Source: Eledone cirrhosa | Taxonomy: Eukaryota | Assembly: GCA_964016885.1 (NCBI GenBank) | Contig: OZ024740.1 | Coordinates: 270,506,001 to 270,570,000, forward strand | DNA length: 64,000 nucleotides | Reading direction: 5' to 3' | Shown: in pieces, positions 29,553-44,511 of the stretch | Layout of the letters: the number at the start of each line of letters is the position of its first letter | Numbering within the stretch: the first letter of the stretch is position 1 | Notes under the pieces: generated by a model | Told to the model about the DNA's origin: nothing | Seen by the model: the letters and a program-made list of their open reading frames with translations, nothing else | The model's database searches: none | Made by a program: the position numbers and the translations under genes

Positions 29553-30273
29553 CAAATAATCAAATTAAATTAATTCAACAGGTAAACACACATAAGAATA
29601 AAGCTGTTACCAAAGAGCCAGAAGATTGACAAGTCGACCCTAAATATGACTAACAGCTCTAGGAAAGCCATGAACGACACCATATCTTTTAAACTTCGAA
29701 AGTAGGTTTATAATTATTAATTTTCATTATACTTTTGTAGGTGTCTCAGCAGCCTAGTTGGATGAATCATAGACGGTGGTGATCTTGGTCTGAATTTCGA
29801 TTCTGGTCGGGAGTAGAGTTCACGGTAAACATTTTCAGTTTTTTTCTGTGGGATGTAAAATAAAAACGGAAAAAGATTACATGTACGTTTTGACCAGGAT
29901 TGAACCCAAGCCCAGAACCTTCACCGTCTCTAGTCCCTACGGCTAGTCCACTAAGACAACTACGAAAATCTTCTGAAAATTCATACTTTCAAAATCTTCA
30001 AAGCAAAATTATGTGGTGTCGTTCATGTCTTTCTTAATGTTATTGTTCCTACTTAAGGTCGACTTCTAAATCATTTGGCTGTTCCATAAATTACATCCTC
30101 GATTTGTTTCTCATCAATCTAGACCATGTTTTAACCTGTAATCCATGTTTCATTTCTGTTGCACCTCACCCACCTCCCTCTCTCTTTCTCTGTGATATTT
30201 GAATCTACTATGATTTGGGCTTACTTTATTCATATATTTTGCATGTCAGATTCAAACTTACAATGATTGGCAT

Positions 30274-30450
30274 TGGTGGATTGGCAGTATTGGTAGAGGG
30301 TCGGACGCCATGCTTTGACGGCCCTTGCCATTCTGAGTTCAAATCCCGCCAAGGTTAACTTTGCCTTTCATCCTTACGGGGTCGATAAAATAAAGTACCA
30401 GTAATACACTGGGTTATTGCTGGCCTTGTGCCTAAAGTAGAAACAATTAT
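30274..30450 (+). mobile_element. tRNA-derived SINE
   Basis: Head, B-box, body and tail match the family. Confidence 0.85.
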
Positions 30451-31436
30451 ATATATATATATATATTTGTATATGTATGTGTATGCATTATCACAGGTAG
30501 TGGCCAATAAATCGAATTGTATTATTAAAATCAGTTCTTTTCTTCATCATATTCACAGTTATTGTTAATCTTGACATTGTCTTATAATAACTACAGATGT
30601 TCTGATGGTCCCGAGGGTTTTAATTTTGTTTATAAAGGATATAAAACGCACAGATCAGAAGTCTAATTAAATGATAAAATAGGAACTTTTTTTTAATTTG
30701 TAAAATATTATATTTTACAGACTGAAGTTATACAATAATGGAAATATTAAAAACATGAGATAAAAACAAAATTAATGAAAAACGTGGGTAGAGGTAAAGA
30801 AGGGCAAATCTGACTGTATAGGAAAGTAAAGGAAAAGACTATAAATGTCATAAATGAGAAGAAAGGGAAGGAAAGAGAGGGGGAAGGGAAGAAGGTGACA
30901 GACTCTACGCCTAGGTCGGGGTGATTGAAAGCGTGAGACAAAGGAAAGACAATGAATGAAAGACAGAGGGAGAAGTAAGAAAGAAGTAGACTGTAGTAAC
31001 TGTATGAGTCGGTGGGTGACAATAAGAATTAAAATAGTGTAATAGCAGACACTGGAGGTAAATGAAAGTTACTACATTTTCCAGCGCACCTCCCTTACCA
31101 TCCTCCGGGGAAACGCCTTCTCCATTCTGTCCGCCGGGGAGGCCAGCACGTGGGACCCCATTTGCTCACCATACAGAGAGGTGGGGAGGGCGAGAGAGAT
31201 GGAGGCGATGACAGTGGGATTTCGGCTCTTCCACGTTCGGACCATATCCTTGTGGTTGTGTTCATTACTCCCCCCTAATACATACATCTATATACTTAAT
31301 GGCAAACGGTGATCTTGGACGAGTTCTATTTGTCTGGTTTGTTAAAATTAATATTTAATTCTATCTAGTAACGTATTTGACAACATTGGGATGGACATTT
31401 TATTTTAGAGAATTCTTTTGCGGGAAATTATTGATG

Positions 31437-31651
31437 CGCATTGGCGGAGTCGTTAGAACGTCGGAGGACAAAATGCTTTGTGGTATTTAGTTACGACTTT
31501 CTCCATCTGAGTTCAAATCTCGTCGAGGTTAGCTTTGCCTTTTATCCTGAGAGTCGATAAAATGAAGTACCAGTAACGCAATGGTTCGATTTTATCGACT
31601 TTACTCTAACATTCATAATGCCGGCCTTGTACCAAATATAGAAACAATTAT
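31437..31651 (+). mobile_element. tRNA-derived SINE (diverged)
   Basis: gagttcaaatctcgtcgaggttagctttgcc...gtaccagta...atagaaacaatt. Confidence 0.75.
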
Positions 31652-32274
31652 TTATGACTTGCTTTTTTTTTCGGGGGTCGATACGATGATGTAATGATAT
31701 AATCCAGTAGCCCCCCCCCCCCCCCCCCAAATTCCTGGCCTTATTCTTTTTTAAGAAATCGTAATTGATACTTTTCACCACCAACCACTACCACCACTCG
31801 GATTCATGCGATAAATACCAGTCAATTACTGTACAATATAATTGACTTGTACTTCCTCCCTAATTTTCTGGCTTTATGCCTAACAATGTAATAATAAAAA
31901 CATACATTTGAATTAAAGGGAAATTCTGGTAATTCGATGTTTAATAGAAAAGCAATTACAAGGTAACGTAAAGATGTAAGTGTTTGCCAAATCTAGTTGC
32001 TACTTCTTGTTACAAAAGTTGTCTAAATAAATACATATCGATAGTAAAGGAGAAACTGAATGAAAAAGACATTAAGTGGAAGAGAAAGAAAGACTAATAC
32101 AAAAGAAAAAAATGCAGGAGACGGGAAGAGATGGTTTAGTAGAAGTAAGAGGTGGTATTAGGTGTGGGAGGAATAGTGTCAGTGAAAGCAAAGCTGGTAA
32201 AAAACATACACAAGAAAGATGAGGCACATACATACATACATACATACATACATACATACATACATACAGACAGA

Positions 32275-33825
32275 TATCTGGGGATAGATGAGAACATATC
32301 CTATAATGGTATCTTTAATAAGCAACGCGTAACCAGGGAATACTACACCCGATTAAGAAAGATTTGGTCATCGGAACACTCTGCGCAAAGAAAACAGTGG
32401 CTCACAATGGGTTTGCTGTGCCTGTCCTAACACCAACGTTTGGAATACTCAATTGGACGATAGACGAAATCCGAGCAATTGATGTTAGGAACTCGAAAAA
32501 TACTAAACAACACCGGAAACTTCCACATCAACAGTGAAATAGACCGCCTTTACTTGAAACGTAAGCAGAGAGGCGGAGGCCTAACATCAGTCCAGACAGC
32601 ATTTGAATGTCGTATCATATCCCTCCGACATCTACGAACCTCGAAGCGTAGGAGCCCGTCTCTCGAGCAAGTCTATCTGCATGAAACAGATAAGATCATG
32701 AGAGTTGGGAAGGAACTCCTCAAGAGATATTTCCTGTGTGATAATCAAAAACACACACCCAGGGAAGTCGCTCAGCAGTATCGCAGTGAATCCATGGATG
32801 AAAAACTGCATGCTTATCAGCAAAAAATCATGCATGGATATGATGCCAGGAAGCTCCAGAGTGAGAGAAATATAGATAAGTAAAGTAGTCTATCTTGGAC
32901 CAACAACTGCTATATTGGCTCCCACTTTGAAGGATACGCTTTTGCAATCCAAGAAACAGGAAATTAACACGAAATACCTGATTCACAAAAGAGATAAGGA
33001 TGCAGGCAAAACACCTAGATGTGCTAACAAGTGCAGACTCTGCAGAACTAACATCGAAGATATAACACATGTCATCAGCAGCTGTCCAAAGATGTCATCG
33101 CGGTACTATCTACTTATGAGGCATGATGTAGTGGCCAAAACACTGTACAATGCAATCCGTACAAAAGATAGCCTCGACAATAAACATATTAAAAGTTACA
33201 GCAATGTGGAAGACATCCATGTACATAATATGAAAGAGTACTGGTGGAATGTTCCTGTAAAATTCCCAATAAAATGCAAGCATAACAGACCAGATAATAT
33301 GATATGGGACAGGGAGAAGAAAGCGTGCACAGTAGTGAAAATCAGCTGCCCAGCAGATGCCAATATAATATCAAAGATTAGCGAAAAGGAGAATATTTAT
33401 GCAGAACTGATGAGAAATCTGCAGATATTCCACCCTGATTACACCTTCAGATTTATGCCTGTGATTATTGGGGCACTGGAGTATGTTAGTAACTGCCTCA
33501 ATACAAATCTTGAGAAGCTAGGCTTCACAGGTACAGAAAGGACACAACTAGTTAGGAAATTGCAAGTAAAATCCATTAATGAAACAGTAAAAATATGTAA
33601 AACATTCCAAAAATTTTGCATCTAATAACTGCATGTACAGATGCAAAGCATATACACATTCAGACATACAACTCAAAACATACACATCCATATCTACACA
33701 TGCATGCATACATAATCTACCTAGTTGATGTTGTGTAAATTCCAATGAGAGAGTCTTGTGTCTATGTTAGAAACCGACTCTTTCTCTATTGGGTAAAAAT
33801 TTGTGAAATTATAAAACCAGAAGAA
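32275..33825 (+). mobile_element. 5'-truncated R4/Dong-like non-LTR retrotransposon (RT C-terminus, CCHC knuckle, restriction-like endonuclease)
   Basis: YLGI, RLYLKRKQRGGGL, CRLC...EDITHVISSC, RHD, NRPD...KISCP and K..Y motifs in ORFs 32479-32883 and 32915-33625; flanked by catacatacatacagacaga at 32255-32274 and 33826-33845. Confidence 0.88.
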
Positions 33826-34074
33826 CATACATACATACAGACAGACAGAAATTTGGATGTTGCGAGCCGGGTAGAAAAAAAACGAGATGCGACGCTTCAT
33901 AACCCTACGGTCATATGCCCATGTGTAGAAAGCAAAGTAAACTATTTAGAAGAATATTTTGATTAGAAAATAGACTTAACGAAAGTAGGGGAACTCTTTG
34001 GCCGACGGCTTGATTTACACAGTTTCGAAACGGTTTAACCTTAGATGTAGACAAATAATCGCTTCGACCTTTAG

Positions 34075-34480
34075 CACAAGGCCAGAATTTTAAAGGTGAG
34101 GGAGAAATGTCATGTAAATCGACGCGAGTGTGCTTCCAGTAATATTTTTTTTTATCGACGTCGTACGGATGAAAGGCAAAGCTAACCTCGGCGAGATTTG
34201 AACTCAGAACATAAAGAACCATAACTGTATACTACAAATCCGGTTGTCCGGCGCTCTACCGATACTGCCCATCGACCGCTCTTAATAATAATTGTTTCTA
34301 CATTTGGCACAAGGCCAGCAATTGGCCAGTGTATTACTGGTACTTTATTTTATCGACCCCGTAAGGATGAAAGGCAAAGTTAACCTCGGCGGCGATTTGA
34401 ACTCAGAATGGCAAGGGCCGTAACTCTATGCGCCAAAGCATGGCGTCCGACCCTCTACCGATACTGCCAATTCACCGCCC
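34075..34480 (-). mobile_element. Two tandem SINE copies
   Basis: Reverse-complement B-boxes (atttgaactc) at ~34196 and ~34395, with heads at ~34279 and ~34479. Confidence 0.82.
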
Positions 34481-34511
34481 TCTTAATAATAATGATTTCT
34501 GATTTAGGAAC

Positions 34512-34642
<131 letters not shown>

Positions 34643-34913
34643 GTTCAAGAGTAAACCAATCTTACATAGAGAGATAGAAGTAGGATAGGAGAGTTTGGTG
34701 ACGGTGTTAGAAGCCAAAGCTCAAAAGCGGGTGCTCGATGTGCAATATGCAGTGGAAAGCAGCTGGAAAACTGGATTCATGCTGAGGTTAGGTGTACAGA
34801 GCTGGAAATATACAGTAGTTAAGTAAAACAAGACCACAAATTCACATAGAAGACATTAGTCAAAGAGTATCAACATTAAGTGCAGTTTAATATAGAAAGG
34901 GGATAGTAATGTC

Positions 34914-35038
34914 AGTTTACAATTGTTTCACTACTCCATATAACGTTTCTGGATCAATCAATGGTAAGAGAGTTATTGAGTTGGTGCAGAGAAATATAAG
35001 TAACATAGAAAAATATTATGGAGCAGATCTTCGGAACT
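34914..35038 (-). ncRNA. Type I hammerhead-like motif with long stem II and CCGAAGA core
   Basis: agtt CCGAAGA t ctgctccata ... tatggagtag t GAAA caattg TA aact; lies inside an element with inverted ends (~34808-34841 and 35371-35405) between (TA)n tracts. Confidence 0.6.
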
Positions 35039-35403
35039 TGGGGAAAGATAATGAGATTATTACTATATATAAAGCAGAATAAAAATAAAGATGAAATAAA
35101 AATAAAAATAAAATGGGAGGGTTACGTGTCCGTAAAGAATCCTCAGATTAGCAACTCCCTAGATGGGACACTTTGGCACTAAAGAATTTCATGTGTATGG
35201 TATAAATAAACATCAGATCTCTGTCGAGGCTGAAGGTAAACACTGGTGCCTATCACACACCAAAATGGCTTCCTGTGGGCAAACTATCTTATTGTATAGA
35301 GATGGGCTTCAAGTGAGGTAACTCCTTGGAGGGTCAAGAATCCCACTAGGAGCTGTAACCAAGGTAGGTTATTTGTGGTCTTGTTTTGCTTAACTACTGA
35401 ATA

Positions 35404-35477
<74 letters not shown>

Positions 35478-35749
35478 CAGTACAATAAGAGCAAGTCAAT
35501 CATTACTCAGAGTTTCTCAGTATGTGACGGTGGTAACAACATACTGAATCTTTCCGGTTAAATCGAATCGGTTTATAAACCTGATTACCACATATTTTAT
35601 ATCTAATAAAGTACCTTTTGTGTGTGTGTGTGTGTGAGAGTATGTGTGTATGTGTGTGTTTATATGTGTGTATGTGTGTGTACGTGTGTGTATGTGTGTA
35701 TATATGTGTGTGTGTGTGAATATGTGTGTGTGTATGTGTATGTGAGTAC

Positions 35750-36185
<436 letters not shown>

Positions 36186-36263
36186 ATATATATGTGTGTG
36201 TGTGTGCGGCGAGAGGGAGGGGGGGGGGGCGTATGTGTGCATTTATGAACATAAATAATACAT

Positions 36264-36303
<40 letters not shown>

Positions 36304-36909
36304 ACATGTGGGGTGAGCATATTGACGAATATAATATATACATTTTCCCGAAGGTGCAGTCAAAAGGAAAAAAATCCGAACTATGAGTTAGTTGCATTAT
36401 GTTGCCTCACAATAGGACATATGAATGTATCAGAAAACATGCCGATATTTCTGAAGATCGCTTCACTATCCTGGGGTCCATGGTTCGATACTACAAGTGG
36501 CATATAGTGCAAGTCTCGTTTGCCATATGCTTGGATCGTTCCAAGTAATAGGAAGGAAATTGGGTAGACGAAAGCTGAGCAACTGTCCCTTGGATGAGTA
36601 ATACTCGTAATACTTGTAATTTATATGGCCGGCCATGTTACACATTGTCACCCCTAATACCACTGATAACATTTTGATAGTTGCACGTGTCTGTGGAATA
36701 ATCCTGAATTTACACGATAATTTAACTATTAACGCAATGAAAGTTCATTTCCTTTTTTTTTATGTTATATATGTATATGTGTATGTGTGTATGTGTGTAT
36801 GGAAATATGAAATATTATCATAAGTTTGCTTGTGGGAGAAGCCACCACAATGCGTATAACTATAAATAATAATTGAATAAGTCGGATAAAGTGCAGAAAA
36901 TAATATTTA

Positions 36910-37420
36910 ATAATAATTGATTCTACTTTTGGCACAAGGCCAGCAATTATTCCAGTGCATTACTGGTACTTTATTTTATCGACCCCGTAAGGATGAAAGG
37001 CAAAGTTAACTTCGGCGGGATTTGAACTCAGATCATAAAGGTAGGTAACTCTATGCTTCAAAGCATGGCGTCCGACTCTCTCGCCGATACTGCCAATCCA
37101 CCGCCGAAAGTCCTGATAGCGTCGTAGGGGCGCCGCATTGAAGAGCATTTTTAAACCTGGCTGAGCCCCTCCCCTCTTCAAGTCTGAATATAGCAGATTC
37201 CTTTCAGAGAAAGATAAAAAGAGTGAAAGAATGGAAGTGAGAAACAGATGTTGAAGAAGAATCGACCCCAGTGCAAGACTGGTAATTTTTATATTGTCGT
37301 CAAATTGATGAAATGCAAACGTAACCTCGGCGGGATTTGAACTCAAAGACAGGTGAGTCGAAATGAGTATTATAAAGTATTCTATCCGACGTTCTAACAA
37401 CTCTGCCAATTCACCACCTT
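36910..37420 (-). mobile_element. Two SINE copies (36910-37105 and 37260-37420)
   Basis: Reverse-complement SINE body and head sequences. Confidence 0.8.
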
Positions 37421-38127
37421 TAAGTAATAATAAGGATTTCTAAATAGCTAAAACCAGTTTCCATAGCTTTTGATTTAAGCCCGCCTTCTAATATCACTAC
37501 CGACCAATACATTTGTTGAAGTATTTGGCAAGTTTTAGATTTTTCCCCGAAACAAGAGTTCAATCCAATAATATATACTGATTTTCACTTCTTTCAAATT
37601 CTACAGTAAACTATCCAACTTCCTGAAAACCTTTCTCGGTTTGCATGAGTCACGGCTTTATTGCAACATAACATGGTAAGACTCAGTAAATCATACTGTG
37701 TATGTCATTTTTGATTTACGTCCAACGGAGTTATCGCGAGATGTATATTACTTAGATAAAAATTAACATCCACTGTATTAGGTGCAGGAATGGCAACATC
37801 CCATAAACCTTTTCTCCAACAGAGCAACCAAGCATATCAACTACGAGTGTGGGCTTAAAAGTTCATACGCTAAAGCTGTAAAATTTTGCATGCATTAATT
37901 CCAACCCTTCTTAGAGGACTGGAAAATACGTATATGATGCGAAACTTATTTATGTGTGAAAGAAGATATTAATTTGCCCATAGTGAACATATGAAGCCAT
38001 AGTTCCACTCACAGAAACGTTCTGCAATCACAAGACATACACTGTTATCTTTGAAAATACTAATGTCTCTGGTTATATTTTTGTATGTGTGTTGGGTGAG
38101 AGTATATTGTGTGTGGATGTGTGAGTG

Positions 38128-38332
38128 TACAAGTTTCGGTTGAAAAGTTCATAAGCTGACTATGAAGGAGTTATCCTAGTGCTGTGAAATCTTGCATGCA
38201 TTAATTGCGACCCTTCCTATTAATAATTGCATTGTTTCTTTTCCAGCGACTATGTTAAAAAATTAAACCTCATTTGGTCATTCCATGAGAGTACCTTAGT
38301 CAGCCTATAAACTTTTTACTCGACCTTCGTAT
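38128..38332. mobile_element. Tc1/mariner-type MITE
   Basis: tac...tcggttgaaaagttcataagctgac and gtcagcctataaactttttactcgaccttcgta inverted termini; homologous to 9622-9822. Confidence 0.65.
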
Positions 38333-38378
38333 AGTCTATCTGGAAATAAAATACAAAATGTACTTAATATCTTAATAT

Positions 38379-38457
38379 ATTGGGTCGTCAAGTATAATAT
38401 TTGTGGAAATTTGTAGAAAAAAAGATTTCTACAAATTTCATACTTGACGACCCAATA
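38379..38457. mobile_element. Tiny mariner-like MITE
   Basis: tattgggtcgtcaagtat and atacttgacgacccaata form a perfect 18-bp inverted pair including TA ends. Confidence 0.65.
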
Positions 38458-38639
38458 ATTAACGTGAAAGAACAATTTATATTTATCTCTGCATTCTTTA
38501 CAAATTCGTAAACAAAAGTATTTCTTATTTTATAAGGAATATCATTTTTTTAATAATATCATGGTTGCCACAGTAAAAATAATTACACTTTACGAATCAG
38601 AACTATACCGACGATATACTGACGTTTACATTCTTGGTG

Positions 38640-38679
<40 letters not shown>

Positions 38680-38768
38680 AGTACAAAAAAATGTATACAC
38701 ACTTCAACACCATTCTAATGAATATTGCTAGTATAGGTAATCAAAGTATATATACATTCTGCGGGGAC

Positions 38769-38831
<63 letters not shown>

Positions 38832-38878
38832 AAATAAAATAAATAAGTCAAATGTTTAAAATTTGGCTTCGTTTATTA

Positions 38879-38930
38879 CTGCTATATATATTTCGGTACA
38901 GCCATCTTTGGCTGTGACCTCTTCAGGCAG
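38879..38930 (-). ncRNA. Minimal type I hammerhead ribozyme
   Basis: ctgc CTGAAGA ggt(c)acagcca-aaga-tggctgtacc GAAA tatata TA gcag; same stem I and III as 20144-20200 but a different, still paired, stem II. Confidence 0.85.
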
Positions 38931-40801
38931 ACCAAATTAGTGTGATAGAGATGAGTACACATGTTGTTGAGGTGTTTAACTTTGTCAATACTCTGATATA
39001 CCCAGTTCCTGGTTGGATTGTTATTTCACTGAGGAACTGGAATCATATGAATTTAAACAAACGAATTTCAGCGTCAAAGGGCCTCTTCTCCTCTCATTGG
39101 TCAGTTGTTAGAACATTCCTCAGTCAAAAGTCTATAGAAATTCGTTCTGAGGCAAGCCAATCTGTAGTTGTTGTTCTTGTTATTGTTAGGTACATCTGAC
39201 CTCTATTCTTATGTTGGTAGTGGTGTTGTTGTTGGAGTCAGCTAAAAAAAGTGATAAAGTGGTAGAAGGAATAAGATGGTAAAGGAACAAAATAAAATAA
39301 AATAATCTAATAAAATGTGTGTGTGTGTTATACCCATCTCAATGTTATAAAAATTTGTAAGGTCAAACTTCCCATTGGTCAGTTTTGAGAGCATTTCTCA
39401 GTCCAAAGTCTATAGAAATTCTTTCTGGGGTGAGGCTCCCTGTAGTGTTTGTGTTTGCTATTGTTAAGTACATCTGACCTCTACCCTTATTTTGGTAGTG
39501 TTGTTGGTGTTGTGGTCAGCTTATGTCTTGCTGCTGCTGACAATTTAGAAGTATCTGTGTGTGTCTTTATCCCTCCTGCCACCATCTCCCGTGGTGGGGG
39601 GTTCTGCCATGTATATGAAGGAATAGAAAGCAATAAAATGAAAACAGAAAATAAATAATAAATAGAGAATAAATGAAAAATTAATGAAAAAGTAATGAAA
39701 AAGTAATGAAAAATGAATATGGAAAATGAAAAATGGAAATGAAAAGTGAAAAATAAAAATGAAGATTCAAATAAAATAAGATAAAATGTGTGTGTGCTAT
39801 AACCAATCTCAAGGTATTATTTTCTGTTTTCTTCATTTTATTGCCTTCTATTTCTTCATATACATGGCAGAACCCCCCCCCCCCCCCAAAAAAAAAACAC
39901 CTCCACCATACTCAATATATATATACATATATAACTGCATATAAATCTATGAGAAGTAGATGTTTGTTTCCTTTTATGTATTTATTCGTATAATTAGCAT
40001 CTCATGTCAGTAAAATCTTATCCTATACCTGGTGTCTATTGATATGCTTGTTGGCAGTGGTTTCGTTCACTTTTTTTAAGTACTGTTACTTTTACTATTA
40101 TTTAGGAATTTGTAAGTAGAAGTCATTTACTTTTTAATAATATTATTTTTATAGATAATGTTACAGTTTGCCTCAGTAGATGAACATCTATTTTTACATA
40201 ATTATTGTTCACTTTTAGTATTTTTGCTGTTTGCAACCGCATTCTCTTCAAAGTAAAATCACTTTAGCTGAGTTTTCACTTTTACAAACAGACAAATGAT
40301 GTTGTAATTATTGTTGTTTTTTTCTTATCTGTTAGTGATTAAAAATTCGTAAGCAAAAGTAATTATACCTTATATATATATATATATTCACACACGTCAT
40401 TTTCTTTCTTTCACTCACACACACAAACAATAAAACCTACACAATCATCATCACATACACATACACACATACTTACATCTACACATATACACATACTTAC
40501 ATCTACACATGCAAACACACTTACATCTACACACACGCAAACACTTAACCATTTGCCGTCTCTTCCTATACTCCGAGAACTATTTGCTTCTCCGCTTTAA
40601 ACCCATTCTCCCCTTCAACACACACTACCATGTCACCCCTACCATCCATTCTGGCCCCCCAGCCTGGATCTATACCCCACCCCTATCCCTTTAATTTTTA
40701 TTCTTACTTTTTATTTTTTCATTTTCGAATTTTTACTTTTTAACTTTCTTCCTTAAGCCTCCTTTACTAGTCCTCGGAGTTTCTGTTCTAACTCCATACG
40801 C

Positions 40802-40841
40802 ACTTTCTTGATGAAGGACTTCTATCCGAAACGTCGAAAGT
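40802..40841 (+). ncRNA. Minimal type I hammerhead (C3U variant or relic)
   Basis: actttc TTGATGA a gga-cttcta-tcc GAAA cg TC gaaagt; perfect 6-bp stem I; a more decayed relative lies at 12010-12046. Confidence 0.65.
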
Positions 40842-41353
40842 TCCTCCCCTTCCACCAAGCGTGAACCTAATATAACAGTGTACAATTGTCTCCTGTATTT
40901 TGTTTTTTCATTTTCAAATATATATATATATGGGTAGAACGAAAACCTGTTGAAAAACTGAATCCTCTGTTCGATCATGAATAGCACGAGCTTGCCAGTC
41001 ACATAAGTTTGATTTCGGATTCAAAGAAACACTTTAAACGTAAAATCGTTTGATTTGTCCAGGTGAATTTTTCTCAACCTGTTAGTTCTATCGTTACTTT
41101 GGTATATTGTTGTGTGTTAGATTTTGCCTACCACAATGTTCGATTTGTCAAGCTATTTAAACGTATGTTATTACTCTAAGGACCTACCTTATCGAGGGCT
41201 TTGCTAACTCATCATTTCATATAAGTAGGCCAAATTTGCTTGCAAACCGCCAGAGATTCGATTTTACTAAATTTCCAATTATATATATATATATATGGAT
41301 TTTGGTATTTTGCGAGAAAGCTCACAGCAACTACGTCTAACTCAGTCATCCTC

Positions 41354-42428
41354 GTTTCTACTTTTAGCACAAGGCCAGCAATTACCACAGTGCATTACTA
41401 GTACTTTATTTTATCGACCCCGTAAGGATGAAAGGCAAAGTTAACCTCAGCGTGAGTTGAACTCTGGACGTTCTACCGATACTGACGTTCTACCGATACT
41501 GACGTTCTACCGCCCTTATATAGCAATATATAATGCAGCAATCTTACATATACAATTGCAAGTCGAAGAAGCAAACAAGTTCTTTATTTGATTCTTAATA
41601 TTTCATAAGATTTAATGAAACATATGTAAGCAAATAAAAACAGTATTCACTACACAAATTAGAGTTACATTGAATATTCAAGTGTCTTTTGTGGTTATGA
41701 AAACGGAAAAGAAGACAAAGGCAAATGTTCTAACGTCACAAAAGAATCAGGAAGTTAAACCTCAAACGACAGAAAGAAGATACTGATAATAAAAACAGAT
41801 GTTATGACTTGGACGAAATTCTGCTGCAAATCTACAGAAAACACTAGTAGAAACAGAAACAAGGTTAAAAGTTAGACAGAACTACAAAAAAAAAATTAAA
41901 AAGACGAAAAGCAAAATTAAGACTCATGGAGAGGCAAGCATTAGAAGCTGCTAATCGAAAGCATGCACAACTGACAACGTTGTTTCCTTTGATTGAACCT
42001 GTATGGAACGCAAGTTCAGCTATTTTTAATCTTTCTGTGCTTTTGCGGCCTTCCCCCTCCCATTCTTCTGTGACGCTAGATCTTTGCCCTTCCATTCATA
42101 TCCGTTTTTAAATATCTGTAATGTTGTTGTTGAAATAGATTTGTTTATGATTTTTTTATAATAATTGTTTCTACTTTAGGCACAAGGCTAGCAATTATCC
42201 AGTGCATTACTGGTACTTTATTTTATCGACCCCGTAAGGATGAAAGGCAAAGTTAACCTCGGCGGGATTTGAACTCAGATCGTAAAGGGACGTAACTATG
42301 CTGGAAAGCATGGCGTCCGACTCTCTACCGATACTGCCAATCCACCGTTTATTATAATTGTTTCTACTTTAGGCACAAGGCCAGCAATTACCCAGTGCAT
42401 TACTGGTACTTTATTTTATCGACCCCGT
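41354..42428 (-). mobile_element. Three SINE copies (41354-41515, 42160-42347 and partial 42352-42428)
   Basis: Reverse-complement SINE tail, body and head; unrelated sequence lies between the first and second copies. Confidence 0.8.
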
Positions 42429-43571
42429 TTATTATAATAAAACATATTTAGCTGATAGATAAAAATGGGGGGGGGGATTATCGCTTTGAAAAGTCAAAGT
42501 CTGAGGTTCGAAGCTCTGATGAAACTATTTCAATAATATATATTGTCTATCCTGAAGCATATAATATATATTGTCTACCCTCAATATCAGAATGTTATTG
42601 ATGAAGGAGGAAATCTAGAAAATGACGGGACGATGAATATAATAGGTTTCAAAATTCCGAAGTAAATATAACCTAAACAAAATCATAGGTATGGTCATCC
42701 TCTCAACAAGAAACAAAGACGTACACTAATGATCAAAAATCAATTATTGGAACATATTCCCAGTGATGTCACAACATTGCCGACTTGCAATATATTGAGG
42801 TAGTTGAAACGGCATTAAACTACATAGTGGCGTCTTGAATCATCAATTTTTCTCAGGAGTGCCTCCCTATCAACTAAAACAAAGACAGGGTTCCATAATA
42901 ATGTTTTTTGCAACTTGAACCAAAGTATTGGCATTCTAAATAGCACATGTGAGCCGTATATTCGAGCACACATACTACAGGGACAAAATTCAGTAATGAA
43001 TTGCTCATCCTAAGAATTGGCTTGATTCCAAAATGCATAAACTTCCAATTATTCCTCCATTTGCAATGACAGCAAAAATAATCAAAGGCCAATCATTTAA
43101 CAAAACAATCTCTGATTTGTGGTTGAGCCTGTAGCAATGGAGACTTCATTTCTGGGGGACATTCCTACTTACTGCTATCGTAGCCGAGTTGGCTGCGAGA
43201 TAGAGTGGCTGTTCCAGCACGTATTCCTCACTGTCCTCTAGAGCAACCTCTTCCCCATCCTGTCGGCCGTTATCCCGGGGTGGAGGGCATAATAACGAAT
43301 GCGTTAATAATGCTAACATACATTCACACACATCTATATAAATATATAGACATCTCAACCTGTATGAATCAACTAACAAAATATATCAACCTGTATTCAG
43401 CGATAGTCGGCCAAATGTAGCTCTGAAAAGAACTAAGAATTCAGCTAATTTAAAATTACTGATTACAAGAGCTAAGGATAACACAGAGAACCAAGAATTT
43501 TACAACGAAATATAAAACTAAGCACTTATAATATTAATTTTTTTTTTTTATAAACCTGTCATTTTCGACAC

Positions 43572-43700
<129 letters not shown>

Positions 43701-44254
43701 GGTAAATATCTTTAAGTCGTTTGGAAGCCTCGACAATGCAAATGGGTAAATCTCCGGGTAACAAGATCCGGTGGTGGGGAGAGAGATGTAAGTGGGTGTA
43801 CGTTGAGATGCGTGGTGTGTATAAGACGTGTAGAAGAATGAAGGAAAGAGTATAAAGGATAAAATAAAAATAAGAACACGAGAGAGAGTTACCTTGGGAG
43901 AGATTTAATTGTCCCTATATATTTCGGATTCACATCTATCAACTGGGGGTTTTTTCCGGGGTGGGGGAAAGGTTGTCTGTCGGAAAGGTGCGAAACGCGT
44001 CCTCTGCTGTTTGTTCAAAACAACAATCCGAAATATATAGGGACAATTAAATCTCTCCCAAGGTAACTCTCTCTCGTGTTCTTATTTTTATTTTATCCTT
44101 TATACTCTTTCCTTCATTCTTCTACACGTCTTATACACACCACGCATCTCAACGTACACCCACTTACATCTCTTTCCCCACCACCGGATCTTGTTACCCG
44201 GAGATTTACCCATTTGAATTGTTGAGGCTCCCAAACGACTTAAAGATATTTACC
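43701..44254. repeat. Long inverted repeat (~230-bp arms, ~95-bp spacer)
   Basis: 43701-43930 is nearly the exact reverse complement of 44025-44254; the inner arm ends read ccGAAAtataTAggg, like the 3' half of a minimal hammerhead. Confidence 0.85.
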
Positions 44255-44292
44255 TATTATTCCACAATGCTTCAAGCAAACTTCAATACTCT

Positions 44293-44383
<91 letters not shown>

Positions 44384-44511
44384 CAAGGTTCATTGATTAA
44401 TCAATGAATATAGTTTTACAATAGATTAGAAGCAATCAACGAGGAAGTTTTCTGGAGTTATTAATATTAATTCAAAATATTAATAAATATAGACATTCAT
44501 GTGATCAAATA

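Noticed and set aside
42516-42560. CTGATGA as a hammerhead core
   Set aside because: No paired stem II and no GAAA/stem I partner follow.
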